This document shows positions 12,166 to 27,231 of a stretch of DNA of 64,000 bases, piece by piece. Below the pieces are notes generated by a model that saw only the letters and a program-made list of their open reading frames with translations, ran no database searches and had not been told where the DNA came from. The number at the start of each line of letters is the position of its first letter. Position 1 is the stretch's first letter. The translations under genes and the position numbers were made by a program. Origin of the DNA: Chrysomallon squamiferum (Eukaryota > Animalia > Mollusca); assembly GCA_012295275.1 (NCBI GenBank), contig CM022665.1, positions 3,472,001 to 3,536,000 on the forward strand, written 5' to 3'.

Positions 12166-15100
12166 ATAAAATTAGTGATTTTCTTTTTTCTTTTACTTGA
12201 ATTTTGTTTCTTTGTTTCTTTCTTTATTTATTTATTTTCTGGAAAAAACTAGTATGGTTATATATTACTTACTTTAACTCCTTTCGTTTGTTTTAGCTGT
12301 TTCTGTTTGATGAGCTATCTTTATGGTTTATTAAATTTAATTTAATTCTGCGAAAACAAAAGTCTCTCTGCTTATAAAAAAACATTTTTGCTCACTGAAT
12401 TCCATTTTCTGTTGAACAGGAAAAGTATTACATTAATGTACCTTTAATGATCTAACAGTGTATGCAACTTTGTAAAAAAAAAATAAAACAATAAAAAAAT
12501 AAAAATTTACAAAAAAATTTAAAAACGCTGCTTTATTTGCAAAGAAATTTCATCTTTAGCCAGATTTGTTTTTTGTTTTATTTACGAGGATCAGAGAGCA
12601 GAGTACAATGAGTCATAACCAACATGGTGTGGTAATCCAGTGCCAATCCTTATCAGTTTGTGTTAACAACAAATTTTAAGACTGCATGTGGATCCTGTAT
12701 ACAAGAAAATATGGAAAATCAAGGTAGGTGTTTTGGTTTTTTTTATTTACGTACTTGTATTTTTTAAATCATTATTAATCAGTATTTATTTATGCAGTCT
12801 GCATACATATGCGCATATACAAAAAAATTAATGCCAGCTGCAAAATGTTTTTTCTTTTGATGTACAATTCATGTTATTAATAACTATTTTGTATTTCTAA
12901 CATTTGTATAAAAAAAAATATGCATTTGTAAAAATGAATGGTAATTGCCATGTTAACTTTGACTGTTTCATTTTAAGCGTATTTTGTTAATTTCAACCAT
13001 ATTTCAGTATTCTGCATTTCTTACATATGATGATATCTGCATATAAAAAAACATATATTAACTATATAAATTTTCATTCTGTACAGAGAAAATAAAAATA
13101 AAATTATTTACTGTTCACTCAGGTTTTAATGTATACCTGCTTACCTTTCTAATACATTTACAACTAATTACCATGAACTTAAACAATACCATTTTGTTAA
13201 AACCTGTCCTTTCTCAATTTTCATGGTTTCAGTTACTGACATTTGTATTGTTTCTGTTTTGTTATTATTTTAAAACTTTTCAAGAGGCACAGACTTCACA
13301 CATATACACACACACACACATAATTATGATAATTTGCTATATCACAACAAATGCATAAGCTATGCTGTACGTAACGTGATATAACTGAAAAATGCTTACC
13401 AAATGAAGGAAATAAGTCATAATGGTTTTATCCACTAATTTATTTTTGTCTGACAAGGAAACACTTTGATCTATGACTCCACTGCTGACATAATTATAGT
13501 TTGTAAGCCAGAATAAGACAATGTCATTGTGCCATCATGCAAAAGCGTGTTAACGATTAAAATAACATCAACTGATATAACATCATAAAATCTTCCTTGA
13601 CTGGTTTGAATTATCTGTTTATTTATGTATGAACAGAAACCTCTCTTCCCCCAATCATTAAATTTAATAAATAAATGAAAAATAAATAAATTTAATAGAT
13701 ATAATTACAACTAAGGTCTACCTCTCTATTAAAAACCTGTATCCAAGATGTCTAGTTAATTTTTCTCCTTTTCAGTAAAATGAAATTTCTATTTTCTAAG
13801 GTCATTTTGGTTCCATAAATATATTTATAAATACAACAGACAGAGAGAAAGACAAGGCAGAGATAGACATATATATACACACACACACAGATAAATTAAA
13901 TTCTGAGACAAATAAAACAGATAAATGCAAAAATTGAACAATCAATATCTGAAATAGGTGTTATTCCATTTTGTAACTGAAATATAATTTAATTTTTTTT
14001 TTTAAATCTGTATATTCTAGACCTTATCAGATAATATTACTTTACATTTATTTATGCAGCACTAAAAAAAAAAAAAAATAATAAAAAATAAAAAATTAAA
14101 TATTTTTCCCATAACCCGCAGTCATCAAGACAATCTCTGGAGATTTTGTGTGAATTTTAGGTCATTCTCTGACATTTTCAAGTGAAACTGAACAAAGTGT
14201 TGCAATCAGCCTGTGTATCAGTCGCCCACACCGGCAATATAATGCGACTAATTACAATATGTGCTGATGTGACCCCTGTCCCCATCCACGATAACCAAAT
14301 TATTGATGGGGACAGGTGGCAAATACATGAGCAAGTGCAGACGGGGGAAAGGGACTTATGAATTATGATTAAGATGACAAAAAAGCAATTTCACAGGCCA
14401 GTGATTGACAAACTGAGAAAAACACAATTGAGTACAGACACAATCGTAAAGTAAACTTGATTATAAAACAAAAATGTCAGCCATTACTGTGGTGATGAGC
14501 ACAGTGAGATGTAGGTGTGAATGAAAGAAAGAATAATATTTGTGTGTTGAGTGAGTTTTAAATTTTTTATTATTGTTATTATTATTATTTTAATGAAGGA
14601 GAAAAGATCAAACAAATTAAAACTGTCCATTATGAATATGTAAATATCAGTGAGATATAAATTCAGGAAAAAAAATATATATATAAAAAAAAAATGACAA
14701 ACAAATCAAAGCATAATCATTATCATTATCATTTAGCAACAACAGTAAACATTGGTTAAATAATTTTTTCTGCAGGCAAATATGAATTGAAAAACTGCAT
14801 GCATTAATGAAAATATTGTTTTAGTGAAAAAAAAAAATTACTTTTTATAGTAATTTAGAATTTAAATTTATCCAAATAATAAAAAAGTGAAAAGTGAAAA
14901 CAATAAAACTTTTCTCAAGCACAGAATCAATGCTGGCATTAATGCTAACATACACACACCATTTCATAGATATGAATACAGACACATACAAACAGTATGA
15001 TAAACAAATATTTATAAATACTATTTTAAATAAAAAAAATTAAATAATATTAGTAGTATAATAATAATAATTAATAAATAATAAAAAATAAAAATAATAA

Positions 15101-18100
15101 CAGTAACAATAACAGTAACAAATAAATAATAATAAGAGGCCACAAAGGAATTGGAAGATGGGACAGGGCTGAGTGGTTTTTATGGCAAACCAATTCAGAC
15201 ACCAGTCATTATACTGGTTGGTTCTACTGATTTATTTAACAAGCCTGCAGTTCTCTTGGCACAGCACACATCAAATACTGCTGCTGACTTTAGTCCAATA
15301 ACTTGAGACAAAGCAGTCTCTGGTAATGTCCTCAAGTTTCATTGAAGAAAATGCCTGCCAGAAGATAAACCAGGTGTAAATTAACATGCCCATCTGCAAG
15401 GCAGACAAATTATTTATTAAGAAAAGAAAACAGAAAAAAAGAGGGGGGAGAGAGAGAAAAAAAATGAATATTAGGGAAGCATTCAGATATAATTGATTGG
15501 GTAAGGGCACAATGGGTGCATTATCATAAGAACAACATCACATTATTTAAAGGCAAAATTACCATCCCAAGTGAATTGGGCAGAGAACTGTTCGTTATCA
15601 CAGTGTCATTGATGGAAACACCCATGAAACTGATCTGTGGCTTCAACTCCCCTTTTTTTTCCAACAGACAATGGCCAAGTGGAGAGGCAAAGAAATTTTT
15701 AATCTAAACACTATCTGAAATTTCTCCAAAAAGTCAATTTCCAACTTAGGCACTTTTCATTTTCTGTGATGAGACCGGACCAGTTGTGCACATTTTGTTG
15801 ATGGTAGATTGCAAATATCGAGCGCCGATGTCTGACAAAAACGAAGCACATGTACAAATGAATCATGTGCAAAATGGATGTCATAATGATGAAACATCGC
15901 CGACCAGAAAGTGACGGGGCTTTCTTGAAAATTAATCTGTCATCAAAATGGTCAAATTTACAGTTGCAAGAGTTCTAAAATTCAACAAGATTAGATCATT
16001 TTAATTTTACCAATAAACTATCCATCATTCGCCCGTGCCATACAACAAAAACTCGCCTGCTCGTATTACACACATGCAGTTTGTAATGCTTTCTTCTGCA
16101 TCTTTTTTCTCCTCCTCCTTCATCGTCCCAATCTTTTACAGTTATGTAATTAATCTATCACTTTAATTATTCATGAAGTCAACTACTAAACATAATCTCG
16201 CTGGGCGATCATGCAAATTTGGTAATTCTGCATGTGATGAATGGTTTTATCATGGCCTTTTTCTGATGCAGCTTTCAAAACATGGACATGTTATGCAATT
16301 TAATGGTTCATCAAGAGACCAAAGTAATCGTGGCACATATATATTTTTTGACATGAATGTATTGTTTTAAGGGAAGTATGTTACAGCATTCAAACACATT
16401 ACCAGTGCTTTATGAGTCAAAAGAAAAAGAACATTTTGTGTGCTGAGAAATAAGGTTTAATTAGCACACATGGCAAACCAAGGTGTTAGTTGTTAATCAG
16501 AGGCAGTTAAATTTTCATGATCAATTTTTCAAAGAAATCTGTCTTCTTTTTTCTTAATGTTCATAACATCTGTCCCAAGAAAATCTTCAAAAAGGCTCTC
16601 CGAAAACATGAAAAAGCTGACGCAAATAACGTTATAAACAATAATAAATAATTTTTATAAACATTTAATTAATTAATTTATTTATTTATTTATTTTAAAG
16701 TTTTTGATTTTTTTCACATACTTTTTTTTTTTTAAATTTTAAACATTTAAAAATATGATGATATAAAAGGAAATATAATCATCATTATCTTTTTTTTTTT
16801 TCTGAACAAATTCTTTCAAAATTTTAAATTTCGACAAAAATATATGTATATAAAATTGTTATCAATTTCCTTTTCCCCTTTTTTTATTTTTTTTTTATCT
16901 TATCATATTAAATAATTAACAACTTTGTTAAATTCCACTTTTAATGCTATATCAAGATAATTATGTTTTGTATAGTTCAGATCTTAGGTTTCTAGTCAAG
17001 AAACAAATTAATTAATTAATTAAAAATTAATGATAAGTAATAATAATGATGATAATAATAATAAATTTTGTATTACTGGATATAACATAGTCAGTAATAC
17101 ACGACATTTATTTTGTATATGCTCACTAACTTTAAACAAACATACAGCAAAAACGCTGTCTATTTGCTGCTCGGGCAAACCAAAGATAACTTTTAATTTT
17201 CATTGGTTCTTTCCAATTTCTGCTAACTGCCTCCCTCCCCATACTGTGTCAGATTTCTCACTGACAGATCAGTCAGAGCAGTTCTGATGGATTGGCCCTG
17301 AACAAAGGTCCCATCGTAAGGTCATGACCTCAATATTGCTCTAAAACATCCCAACATTTCCCTATCTCTAAAGAGCCTGTCAAAGAGATTCCTCCCGTCC
17401 CAATATTACAAACTTTATTTGACTGCGGCACTTGGTGAAATCAGGGGAAAGCCTCATTTGTTCGAGTCTAACTACAACTGTTATCTTTGAGGGTTGTTTT
17501 TCTGGGTATTTCCTTCCAGCCTGGCTCATTGCTCCGATGAAAATCTGTCAGAAGCAAATCAAGTCTTCTCACTGTGGGAAGAGGCAATCATGGATCCCAT
17601 GTCAAAAAAGGGTCAAAAGAACTCCACCTAAAGCAATTAGAGCAAAGAAAAGGGCAGAAATGACAAGCTTTTCTTGATTAACACAGAAGCAGAGATCTGT
17701 GAAGCAAGCCAAATGAACAACGATGAAGATGAATATTTAATAAATTATGGTAAAATATCAGTCAGACTGAAGGGTGCTTTCTTTTTAATGAAAACAGAAT
17801 GTTGATGTGAAGTTTGGTAACTGTTTACTGGAAAGAACTGAAATAGTAACTGTCTATAAAATTTAAAAACAAATTACAACTTTAAAAAGAAATAATAATA
17901 ATTAATGATACCAGATCAAATAAAAACAAAATCACATTTATTTTTTTTATTTTTTTTTTCGATTAATGTTTAATCAATTATGTTATTAAAAATGAAATTA
18001 AAGTCTGTTATCGCAATAACATTCTGGGTTTCTAAATAAACAAGCACTTTTTACAGAATGTTTTCGACAAGTGCAATGAGTTACAGTAAATGACCAAGTT

Positions 18101-21100
18101 AGGGACAAATAAAGATGTATCTCCAGTCTTTCTTTGTCAGTGAAACAGTTAATGTGTACAATAAAGTCAACCACAGCAGGATGTGGTGTGATTTCACTAC
18201 TAACACACCAACAACACACAACCTGTGTAAATAAAGGTGTGTTAAAAACAATTCACTTCACAGGGTGGTCTTCAAACATAACAGGGTTTTAAGGGGAGGT
18301 CTCTCTCAGCCTGCTGTTATATAACTCAGGAAGTCTTTTCATGTGAACACACCTTAACAGTTTGTTTTCCTTCAGCTGGATTTTATGATCTTCTGTAGCT
18401 GGTACCGCCATGCTTTATCAAAAAAAAAACTGGTTAACAAAAACAAATAATTATGTGATATCAACAAATAAAAATTATTCATGGATGTAAAAAAAGGATA
18501 ATTAATATTGGTAAACAACTCTTTACACATTTTATTACAAATACTTTTCAAGACGAAACACACTGAACTATTCTCACTAGTTTGCAGAAAACAAAATTAT
18601 GATATGCACCTTCCCAAATTCACAGTTTTTGTGAACTGAGGCAATGTTTAGAATGTGAAACAGAAAGCTGAAGACCATTCATGATATTATTTATCGAAGC
18701 TGCATGCTAACCTCTGAGCTACAATCACTAGGAAAGAATGTGTTCACAACTGTTCACTGTACATGCTGGTGGAAAAACATCGTGTCAGAATGAGAGATTA
18801 ATATTCTAGATAAAAGGATGCACAGAAATGAGAGATGTGTATCAGTGCATATAAGTAAATAAGTAAATATTAATTCACATGCAAGTTAACATCAATCATG
18901 AATCAATGGATGGAAGGATGGAAGGATGGATGGATTAAACTAATGGATAATCAAATAAATGTATCAGCAGATAATTAAATGATTAAAATAAAGAAATTAA
19001 CAGGATGGATGGATGCACTGACAGATGTACGGGACACTTTTAATAAACTTTTGTTAAACAACTGCTGATATTATTTTTTTTAACTTTTGAATCACACTTT
19101 AAGGATGTCTATAATTTTCTGTGATGTGGCAAATCTCTACTTTAATAAATCACATGACCTTACAGATGGGAGATTATCTCTGACCTTCCAGGAAATGCAG
19201 TCTGCATCCTAACACTGTATTTTTACAACTCACAGCCAACAAAGGCACATCATGTTCCAGCTCAGAATTAAAGAGTTAAATCTCAGATTTAAAATGTAGA
19301 TTTCACGAATAGTTGTCATTATCTCAGACACAAACCTTCATCCTTAGAATACCAATATAATAAATTAGGTATCATGCACGACAAACTCCACAAACAGAAG
19401 ACAAATAATAAACACTATTTTACATTCCTGCTACATCTTGTTACATGAAAATGTGTTGCAGATAACAAATGTACACTGCCAAGCAGTGATGCATGCTTCA
19501 GATTAACAAACATGATAAGCAGCATTCCAAGTGAAACAAATAAATGTACCAGGAGTTGCGTGATTAAATAAATATTCTTATAGTCGCATGTCATATGTTG
19601 CTAACCATTGCCAACAGAAAATTATAAAGCAATATAGAGGCAGGAAACTAAAATCTGTGTGAAATGTAAGGAATGTAATAAATTTCAGCATCTCTTGTAT
19701 GCTAATCATCCAAGCAAACTTTCCACTCCTAAGTTTTTAATATACAAGACTTTTTTTTTTCTTTCTCTAAAATCACTAAAATCACATTTATTTTCTTCTT
19801 CAAAGTTACTTACACTTTCTTCTTTCATCTTTAAAATTATTACAAGTTTGTTTTAAACAAAACAAAACATGTATATATTATTTTAGATGGTGAACTTAGT
19901 GATCAGAAGGTTAAGCCTGTCATTATGTAACACTGATAGCACACTGTAGACTTATGCTTGGGTGAACCTAAACACTATGAATGGAATAAAAGTTCCCTTT
20001 CACTGATCAGGTATGGCAGGAATGCAGTTCAGGGGTGTCTTTACAGGCTGGCAAGCAAGCAGTGAAAAGAAATCCATGAATGAATGAATGAATGAACGAA
20101 CGAATGAATGAAACCATTTACAAATCAATTACATAATCCTACCAAAAGGTCATTCTTAAACTGCTGGCCACAACTTTCTCACCACAGTGACCCCAAACCT
20201 CAAGAAAGAATGAGAAAGCAACCATTAACAAACAAATGATAGGATGTCCATTAATAAACTTGTGACAGAACAACCATTAACAAAAACGAGTGATAGAACC
20301 GTCAAGAAACGAATAACAAAAAATATTTTCATATTTTAACAGAAACCAAAAACAAATATAGCACAAGTTATCTTTTTAGATAAACTTAATTTACATTAAT
20401 GTACTTATATATGATCATGTCCAGAGGGTGACTATTACCACAATTGAGTATCTATGCATTAATAATGGTATGAACATATCTGTATTAAATAATTAATAGT
20501 TGACAACTGTCAGTTAATGTTTTTTTTATAATATTGCACCCTGTACTGCAACATAATCACACAATAAGCAAATACACACCTTTAAAATAAAATAATAAAT
20601 CTTTTTAAGTGTCCTACGTGAAATAAGGTCACTAACATATTGAATATCTGTTTATTGGACTTCCTAAGACAGAAACAAACGAAACACATGTATCAGCTTA
20701 CAGAGACTGTATTAATTCAGTGAAGCTAAGCATGTAACATCTTTAACATTATCTCTTACCTTCACTCATGAATGAAATGATATATTGATGACAAATTTGT
20801 ATATAAAAACACATATGTAATACATCTGTATAATCACAAAATATTTCATAGGTATTTTACAACCAAAGTAGGTGTTGGTATGTAACAGAGAAGGAGATGT
20901 TAGTAGTTAATTTAATACACAAGAAGGTGTTAAAGCTTAGCCTGGTATGTCACTGGTTTAGTTATCTTCAGTGTTCTCACTGGACAATTTTCAGTTTCCC
21001 TTGGTTTGGTGTTATATCATTGTATTATATCATTAGTAATGTATAGAGATGTTTGTATATATGTATAGTTATTTGCAAGTTCTCAGTAATTTTTTCTTTT

Positions 21101-21506
21101 ATTTATTTATTTTTTATTTTTCTTTATTATCTTTTTCTTTTTTAGAAATGCACCAAACATAGATATCCATTTTAAACTTTGTTTCCAAAACTTTAAAAAA
21201 AAAAAAAAAAAAAAAAATAATATTTTCAAAAACATTAAGAAATCTATTATTTTTTTTTTTATTTCTTCCAACTCCACCTATCAAAGAAATTTCTTTTTAA
21301 AAGTTTCAAAGAAAACACAGTTTAAAATCAAAGTGCCTTTACAAAAAGGAAAAAATGTAAATTCACCAACATTTAAAAGGCAGACTATCTCTGGTTGACA
21401 CTCTTTCATGTTGTTAACAATACATCAAAGCAAACACGAAGACATACTGCAGGTAAACACATCTGTATGCAAAATCGAGTCATCAAACAAAAAATATTTT
21501 TCCTTT

Positions 21507-21549
<43 letters not shown>

Positions 21550-21907
21550 AATATGTCATCATGACTTTGCATTAAGTATCAGATAGAATTTCTTCTAAAC
21601 AGTTTATTTATATGTCACCTTTGTTTTCAACTTCCTGGCCAGATACCTGCTGCTGCCATCTCATCAACAAGTGATAAAAGTATCACAATAAAGCAAGGTC
21701 TACCTGTAACTGTGTGGGAGGCATGGGTGAAGGCCATCGAACGCACAGGTGTACACTAAGACAGAGTTAGAATAAACAAAAAGCTGACCTATTTGATAAT
21801 AAAGCAGCCTTAGTTATTCCCTGTTCACACATAGTCATTAACTAAATCTGTTACACAGTGGGGTATCAGTCTTTTCTGTAACAACAGTGGGTTCAAAATG
21901 AATAACG

Positions 21908-21941
<34 letters not shown>

Positions 21942-22583
21942 AAATATGTATTTAAAAAAAAAAAAAAATAATAATAATAATTTCTTTGACAAAACCCTGC
22001 CACCCCAGTACTTGTTGAGTACACATAACTTGCACTAAACCACCCAAAGGTATTGTACCTAGTGACCAACACAATGGTTAATCTTACAAGATGGATCATA
22101 AATTTTTTGACCCTAAGGCACAGTCTGTGAATGGACTGAGGTCTTGATTGATAACTCTCTGGTTCGACGGTCTATCTCTTGCACAGATTTATAGTTAATC
22201 TGTCATCAAAGGTGAAAAATGCAAATGTCTAAATGCAAGCAGTGGGAGCGGGCAATAAAAAAAATATATATAAATAGAATAATAATAATAATAAAAAGAA
22301 AAAAAATGTTTAAAGAAATGTTATCTCTGCTGAATGAATGGATATATATATTCAAAGGTACTAATGAAAAAAATATTCTGAATGGATAATTTGAATGGTC
22401 CATAAAGCATGAAGAAACATGCTTGTAGATGGGAACAGACAGACAGAAGAAAAGACAGACAGACGTGCGTGTTCAGTCACAGATATATAAACAAAGATAA
22501 AGAGTTATGATTAACTAATAAAAGCTTTGTTTCAAAGCACTAAATAATGTATATAATTATTGATGGCTTTTTAAAATTTTCTG

Positions 22584-22615
<32 letters not shown>

Positions 22616-23140
22616 GTAAAAACATCAATAATAATAATAAAATCTCGGAAAATTTTGCATTTCAATAACTACTTCATTTTCTCGCACAATGAAAAATCAT
22701 CAATCTGTCAAATGATAATTTATCTCAATATATACAAACACGGCTTTTCTCTCTCCCATCAAGCGGTGGGCCTTACTCTGTAAAGTCCATAAAATATTAT
22801 GCTTTGTAATAATCAAAGCTTATGAATTGAAGGCTGTAGCTGCTGTAACCACACCGTGGCTGCAGCTGCCAACTCTTAGTCATGAAATCAACAGCTGATT
22901 AGAAGCACAACGATGAAGAAAACACACAATTGTAATGTGCATTCAGGCATACAAATCATTGCCTCCTTTTAACAAATAGTCTCAATAGGGGGTTGCGTCA
23001 CACAAAAAAACCTGCAATTCTGCCTTCTTCAAAGATTTAATAGACTGGAGAAATTAGACACACAGCTTAGCATATGCTACTGAAAACATCTTTGTTTAAC
23101 TGATTGAGTTTTTCTTACTTCGCAATACCATAATGGTTCA

Positions 23141-23175
<35 letters not shown>

Positions 23176-24922
23176 TTTTTTTTAAAGTTTTTTTTTTTTT
23201 TTTTTTTTTTATATATAAATTTTAAAAAATTAAAGTTTTAAAAGGAGCACCTGCTGAAAGAAAATATCGCAAATCTTAAGTTGGCAAGTATTAAGAGACA
23301 CCCTGAGCTGCTGGAAAAATGGAAAACTGATGTGCATAGCTTTTGAAACATGTCTTAAATTGGCAGTGTGCCCAACACAAGCATGCATCACGACTATTAT
23401 CCCACCACATGCACAAGAACACTTGACACTGTTAAATTCAGTACAAAGTATCAATGAGAATAATGAATCTGGCTATTAAAGTTTTATTTTTAAAACTAAA
23501 TGTGGAACTAATTTCAGATTACATAATTAACATAATAAAAACTTTTCTTTCTGTTTCTTTCAAAATGTTCACTTCAAATCTCAAAATTGAATCAAGCCAT
23601 AATCCAAAAAAATTATTAATTTTCATAACTGATGACAAAATAATAAGTGGGAATATTTTTCTTAACAAATTTTTTTATTTTTTTTTTTTTTTTTTTTTTT
23701 GGCTTTCTGAAGCAGTTTTTTCCTGACACATCGATGTGTAGAACATTCTGCTAACCAGCAATACATTTAGCAATTGACAATGTGGCTTGGCACTTGTTTT
23801 CGAAAAGTGGATGCTTCAAAGAAGCAAGCTTCCATACAGGACAGTTGTAATACATTGTGAACAGACACTGTTCCAAACCATCTGTCTGGTTATTTTTACA
23901 CCTAGAGTGCAGCTTTTGGCTTTTTATCAGTTTTTTTCCTTTTTTTCCCTACCTCCTCACTAACAGTTGTACTTGGCTTTTTTACACATGTGTGCTCCTT
24001 GATCTTAACACAATTAGTCAGAAGATTATCACTTGCTTGCCTCCAATGACAATAGCAGTGTTTCAGACAAGCAAGCATGAAGAGCACTTGACAAGTGCTT
24101 CCAACAGGCAGTGATAGGTGCATAGCAAAAAAAAAAAATAAACTGACCAGGGCCAAACCACTTCTCAGCTAGCCAAAACTCTCGGCCAGCTGTCCCAGTA
24201 TAAAACAGAAAACCTCTTCATGAAAGTAATAAAAATACAAAAATACAAAAAAGACAGAGAAAGACTGAGATAGAGACAGAGAAAAATGACAGAGAAAGAG
24301 AGGAGAGAGACAGAAAGAGAAAAATGTGAGGTTGATACGTATAAAGACACTGAAACAGAGAAATAGAAAAATAGACAAAAAAGAAAAAAGAAAAAAAAGA
24401 GCGAGATTATATGACATATAGAGGTATATAAGGTAGAGAGGTATATATAAGCTGAGGCAGAGAGAAAGAAAGAGAAAACAAATGAGAGGAAATGCAGAAA
24501 AAGGAAGAAAAGGATGAAAGGAAAGTTCAGTGATAAATTAATGGACAGTTTTTTTTTACTTATACATTTTTTTATATATTTTTTTCAAGTTATAGACACA
24601 AGGGCAGTTACAAACTATGTTTATGACAATTTGTTCCAATCTGGTTACTGCTTATAATAATTACATTTAGTTACATTTATTTATTATTTATAAAATATAA
24701 TTGTTTTCAAAAAGGTTGTTATTATAATGTTCTTTTTTCTAAAAATACTTTTGTTGATTTTTAAGATTTTCATTACTTACAGTTTTGATGGCCATTTAAC
24801 TTTCAAATTAGAATGAGTCAAAACGCATTATTCAGCCTTTACACTGACGGATGCCTATCCCAGTTTATACAAAACTGAAAATGTTTCCAGAAGATAGTGT
24901 ATCCTTACCATTTGTGTTACAT

Positions 24923-26504
24923 TAAACTTTAATGGGAACTTAATCCAGTATTTCTGAATGATTAACTTGCTGAATTCATTGCCAAAGGTAATATTAAGAT
25001 TAAAAATATATCTATATATATATATATATGTAGATTCTATGCAGCTGTAGGTCATAAATATATTTCATAGCTGAAGTGATTATTAATTAAGATGATTATG
25101 TTTTTAAAAAAATTAAAAATTTAATTTAACAATAATTACTTACATACTAAACATACTACAAAATACAACATTTATTTAAAACAGTATTTAACAAAAAAAA
25201 AAAAAAAAAAAAAAAAAAAACAGACAGAAGACTAGTAAGAATCCATAACATCATACACACAAAAAAAAAAAATATTAATAAAAATATTGTACATAATGAT
25301 TGTTTGTTTGGACAATGTATTTTGGTGCAAGTTTGGAACTTTATTAACTTTTCCACCCTATCCAAAGAATAATGTCATCAATTATTTAAGAATGAAATGA
25401 ATGAAACATGTTATAGTCAACATTATTAAAAAAAAAAAACATTTCATGATTTGTTTTCTTCTTAAAAAGCACTATAAAGTAAAGACAAACAAACAAAAAA
25501 ATTTAGATCAGCAAAGTAAATTGAAGTGCTTAATTGCTTCTATGATTTTAGGTGAATATTCAGCAAACAAAGAATTTTTTTAACAGTCCTTATTATTGCA
25601 TCTCATACATGTCTAATAAACCATCAGCCATGAGGATATGAATAGACTGCAACCATATTAGACTATGTAATTATTCATATGCTTTTACAAAACAGCCCTT
25701 TTCAATGATACATCATATATTTCACAAGTAAATGAAAGATGGGGGGGGGGAGTTCTCCATCTTTCTGCCTCATTCTGAACGCTAACACACCTGAAAAAGC
25801 AAAACCCTAAAACGCTCAGGAGTCTGCAGTTTTTGTCATTTGAAAAAAAAAAATCACTGATTACTAATTTTTTACTTCTTTTTTTTTTTAACTTTTTAAA
25901 AAAGAAAAAAGAAAGAAAAAAGATTTTTTTTTTTTTTTTTTTTTTTTTAAAGTATTCACTCTTAACAAAATAGCATTTATTGATTTAATAGGGGAAAACT
26001 AACAGCGAGGCCAAAACTTTTCACAGTGATGAATTGCTGGCACTTTCCATTGTGGTTCTGTCGTAATGTTCCATGCAGCAAATTGCCTCTATTGAGCACC
26101 CTTACAAACAGTCTGGGCTCATTATCAACAAACTGTGGCATATTAAAGTGTCACACTGTGTTGGGGGTATTCTTTACCCTGTGTTTTTCTCTTTTTTTTC
26201 TTCTGTTTTATTATTATTATTTTTTTTTTCAAAATGGCTTTACCTTAGTGAATATGCAGAACTGTTTAATTTGCTAATGGGGACCCATGACAGATGAAGT
26301 CAGTTCCTAAAACTAGATCATGGGTCATTAACTCTTGTGGTGTCAATATCAATTTCTTCATTTGCATGCGATATCAATGTTCTTTAATTTAGGCAAAAAG
26401 GTGTGATTGTATTTAGTTGTCAGTGCTAAACTAAACTTTAATGGGAAATTAATTCAGTATTTCTCAATTATTAACTTGCTTAATTCAGTGCCAAAGGTAA
26501 TATT
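24923..26504. repeat. Dispersed direct repeat pair of about 73 bp (24923-24995 and 26432-26504)
   Basis: taaactttaatgggaa(c/a)ttaat(c/t)cagtatttct..attaacttgct.aattca.tgccaaaggtaatatt at both sites. Confidence 0.85.
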
Positions 26505-27151
26505 GAAAAGAAACAAAAACATTTAGATTATATACTTGTAAAATACAGTCACATGTTTTTTTTAATAATGATTTTATGAGAAGAAATAGTGTTGTAAAAT
26601 TTCACGATTTTTAGTGTGTAAGTATCAAGTAGCAATGATGATTCTTTTCAGTGCATCTTCCCAAAGATAAAATCTCATATCACAGCCTTTAATAAAGCAG
26701 TAAGATTACTGGTCAGAATGGGAAAGTATCTGAAACAGCTGTGTATGCTATGGGGATTGGATTCTGTGATCCATCATATCTCAGGTTACTTACCTTTCGT
26801 AAATAACACTGATAAAGAAATAAAATATAAACAAAACAAGAAACAAATAAACACTGAAATAAACTAGTGATTTTTCTTCTTCTTCATTATTTTTTTTTTT
26901 TTTTTTTAAATACACCCAAACAATTCTTAACAGTTTACTGCAAACAGACTTTCATTTCTTTTGGGGGTTTTGTGGGGGGGAGGTGTTTTGTTTTATGGTC
27001 GTTTTTTTTTTTGTGTGTGTTTCTTTTTTTAAAAATGCAAGCACAACATTCAGTTTTAAATCAAATTATTTCAGTCATGCACTTGCATCAACCCTCAATT
27101 TCCCAATATGCATCAGAAATAAATTAAAAATAAAGTAATAATGGTACTCAC

Positions 27152-27231
27152 ATCATCTGCTGGACTTCACTTGCAAACCAATTGGTTGTTGACACTGCCT
27201 TGTTAGCAGGAGAGGACTGTGGTGTTGCCAT
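27152..27231 (-). CDS. supt3h: Supt3h (SAGA/STAGA subunit Spt3) first coding exon, MATPQSSPANKAVSTTNWFASEVQQM(M); gene continues towards lower coordinates, probably beyond the window
   Basis: Minus strand AAG ATG GCA (good Kozak context) ... TTT GCA AGT GAA GTC CAG CAG ATG AT|GTGAGT. WFASEVQQMM resembles human SUPT3H SFATELQSMM, which as I recall also has a phase-2 intron inside the second Met. Acceptor tttgtctatttag at 27251-27252. Runx-Supt3h linkage is known ancient metazoan microsynteny. Only 26 codons, so identity rests on motif, splice phase and synteny. Confidence 0.82.

Noticed and set aside
1-27151. Further Supt3h coding exons (YxxGD..RP..E.A..VE..VH)
   Set aside because: A manual scan of the minus strand found no splice-flanked match. 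They probably lie left of the window, though a short divergent exon could have been missed.
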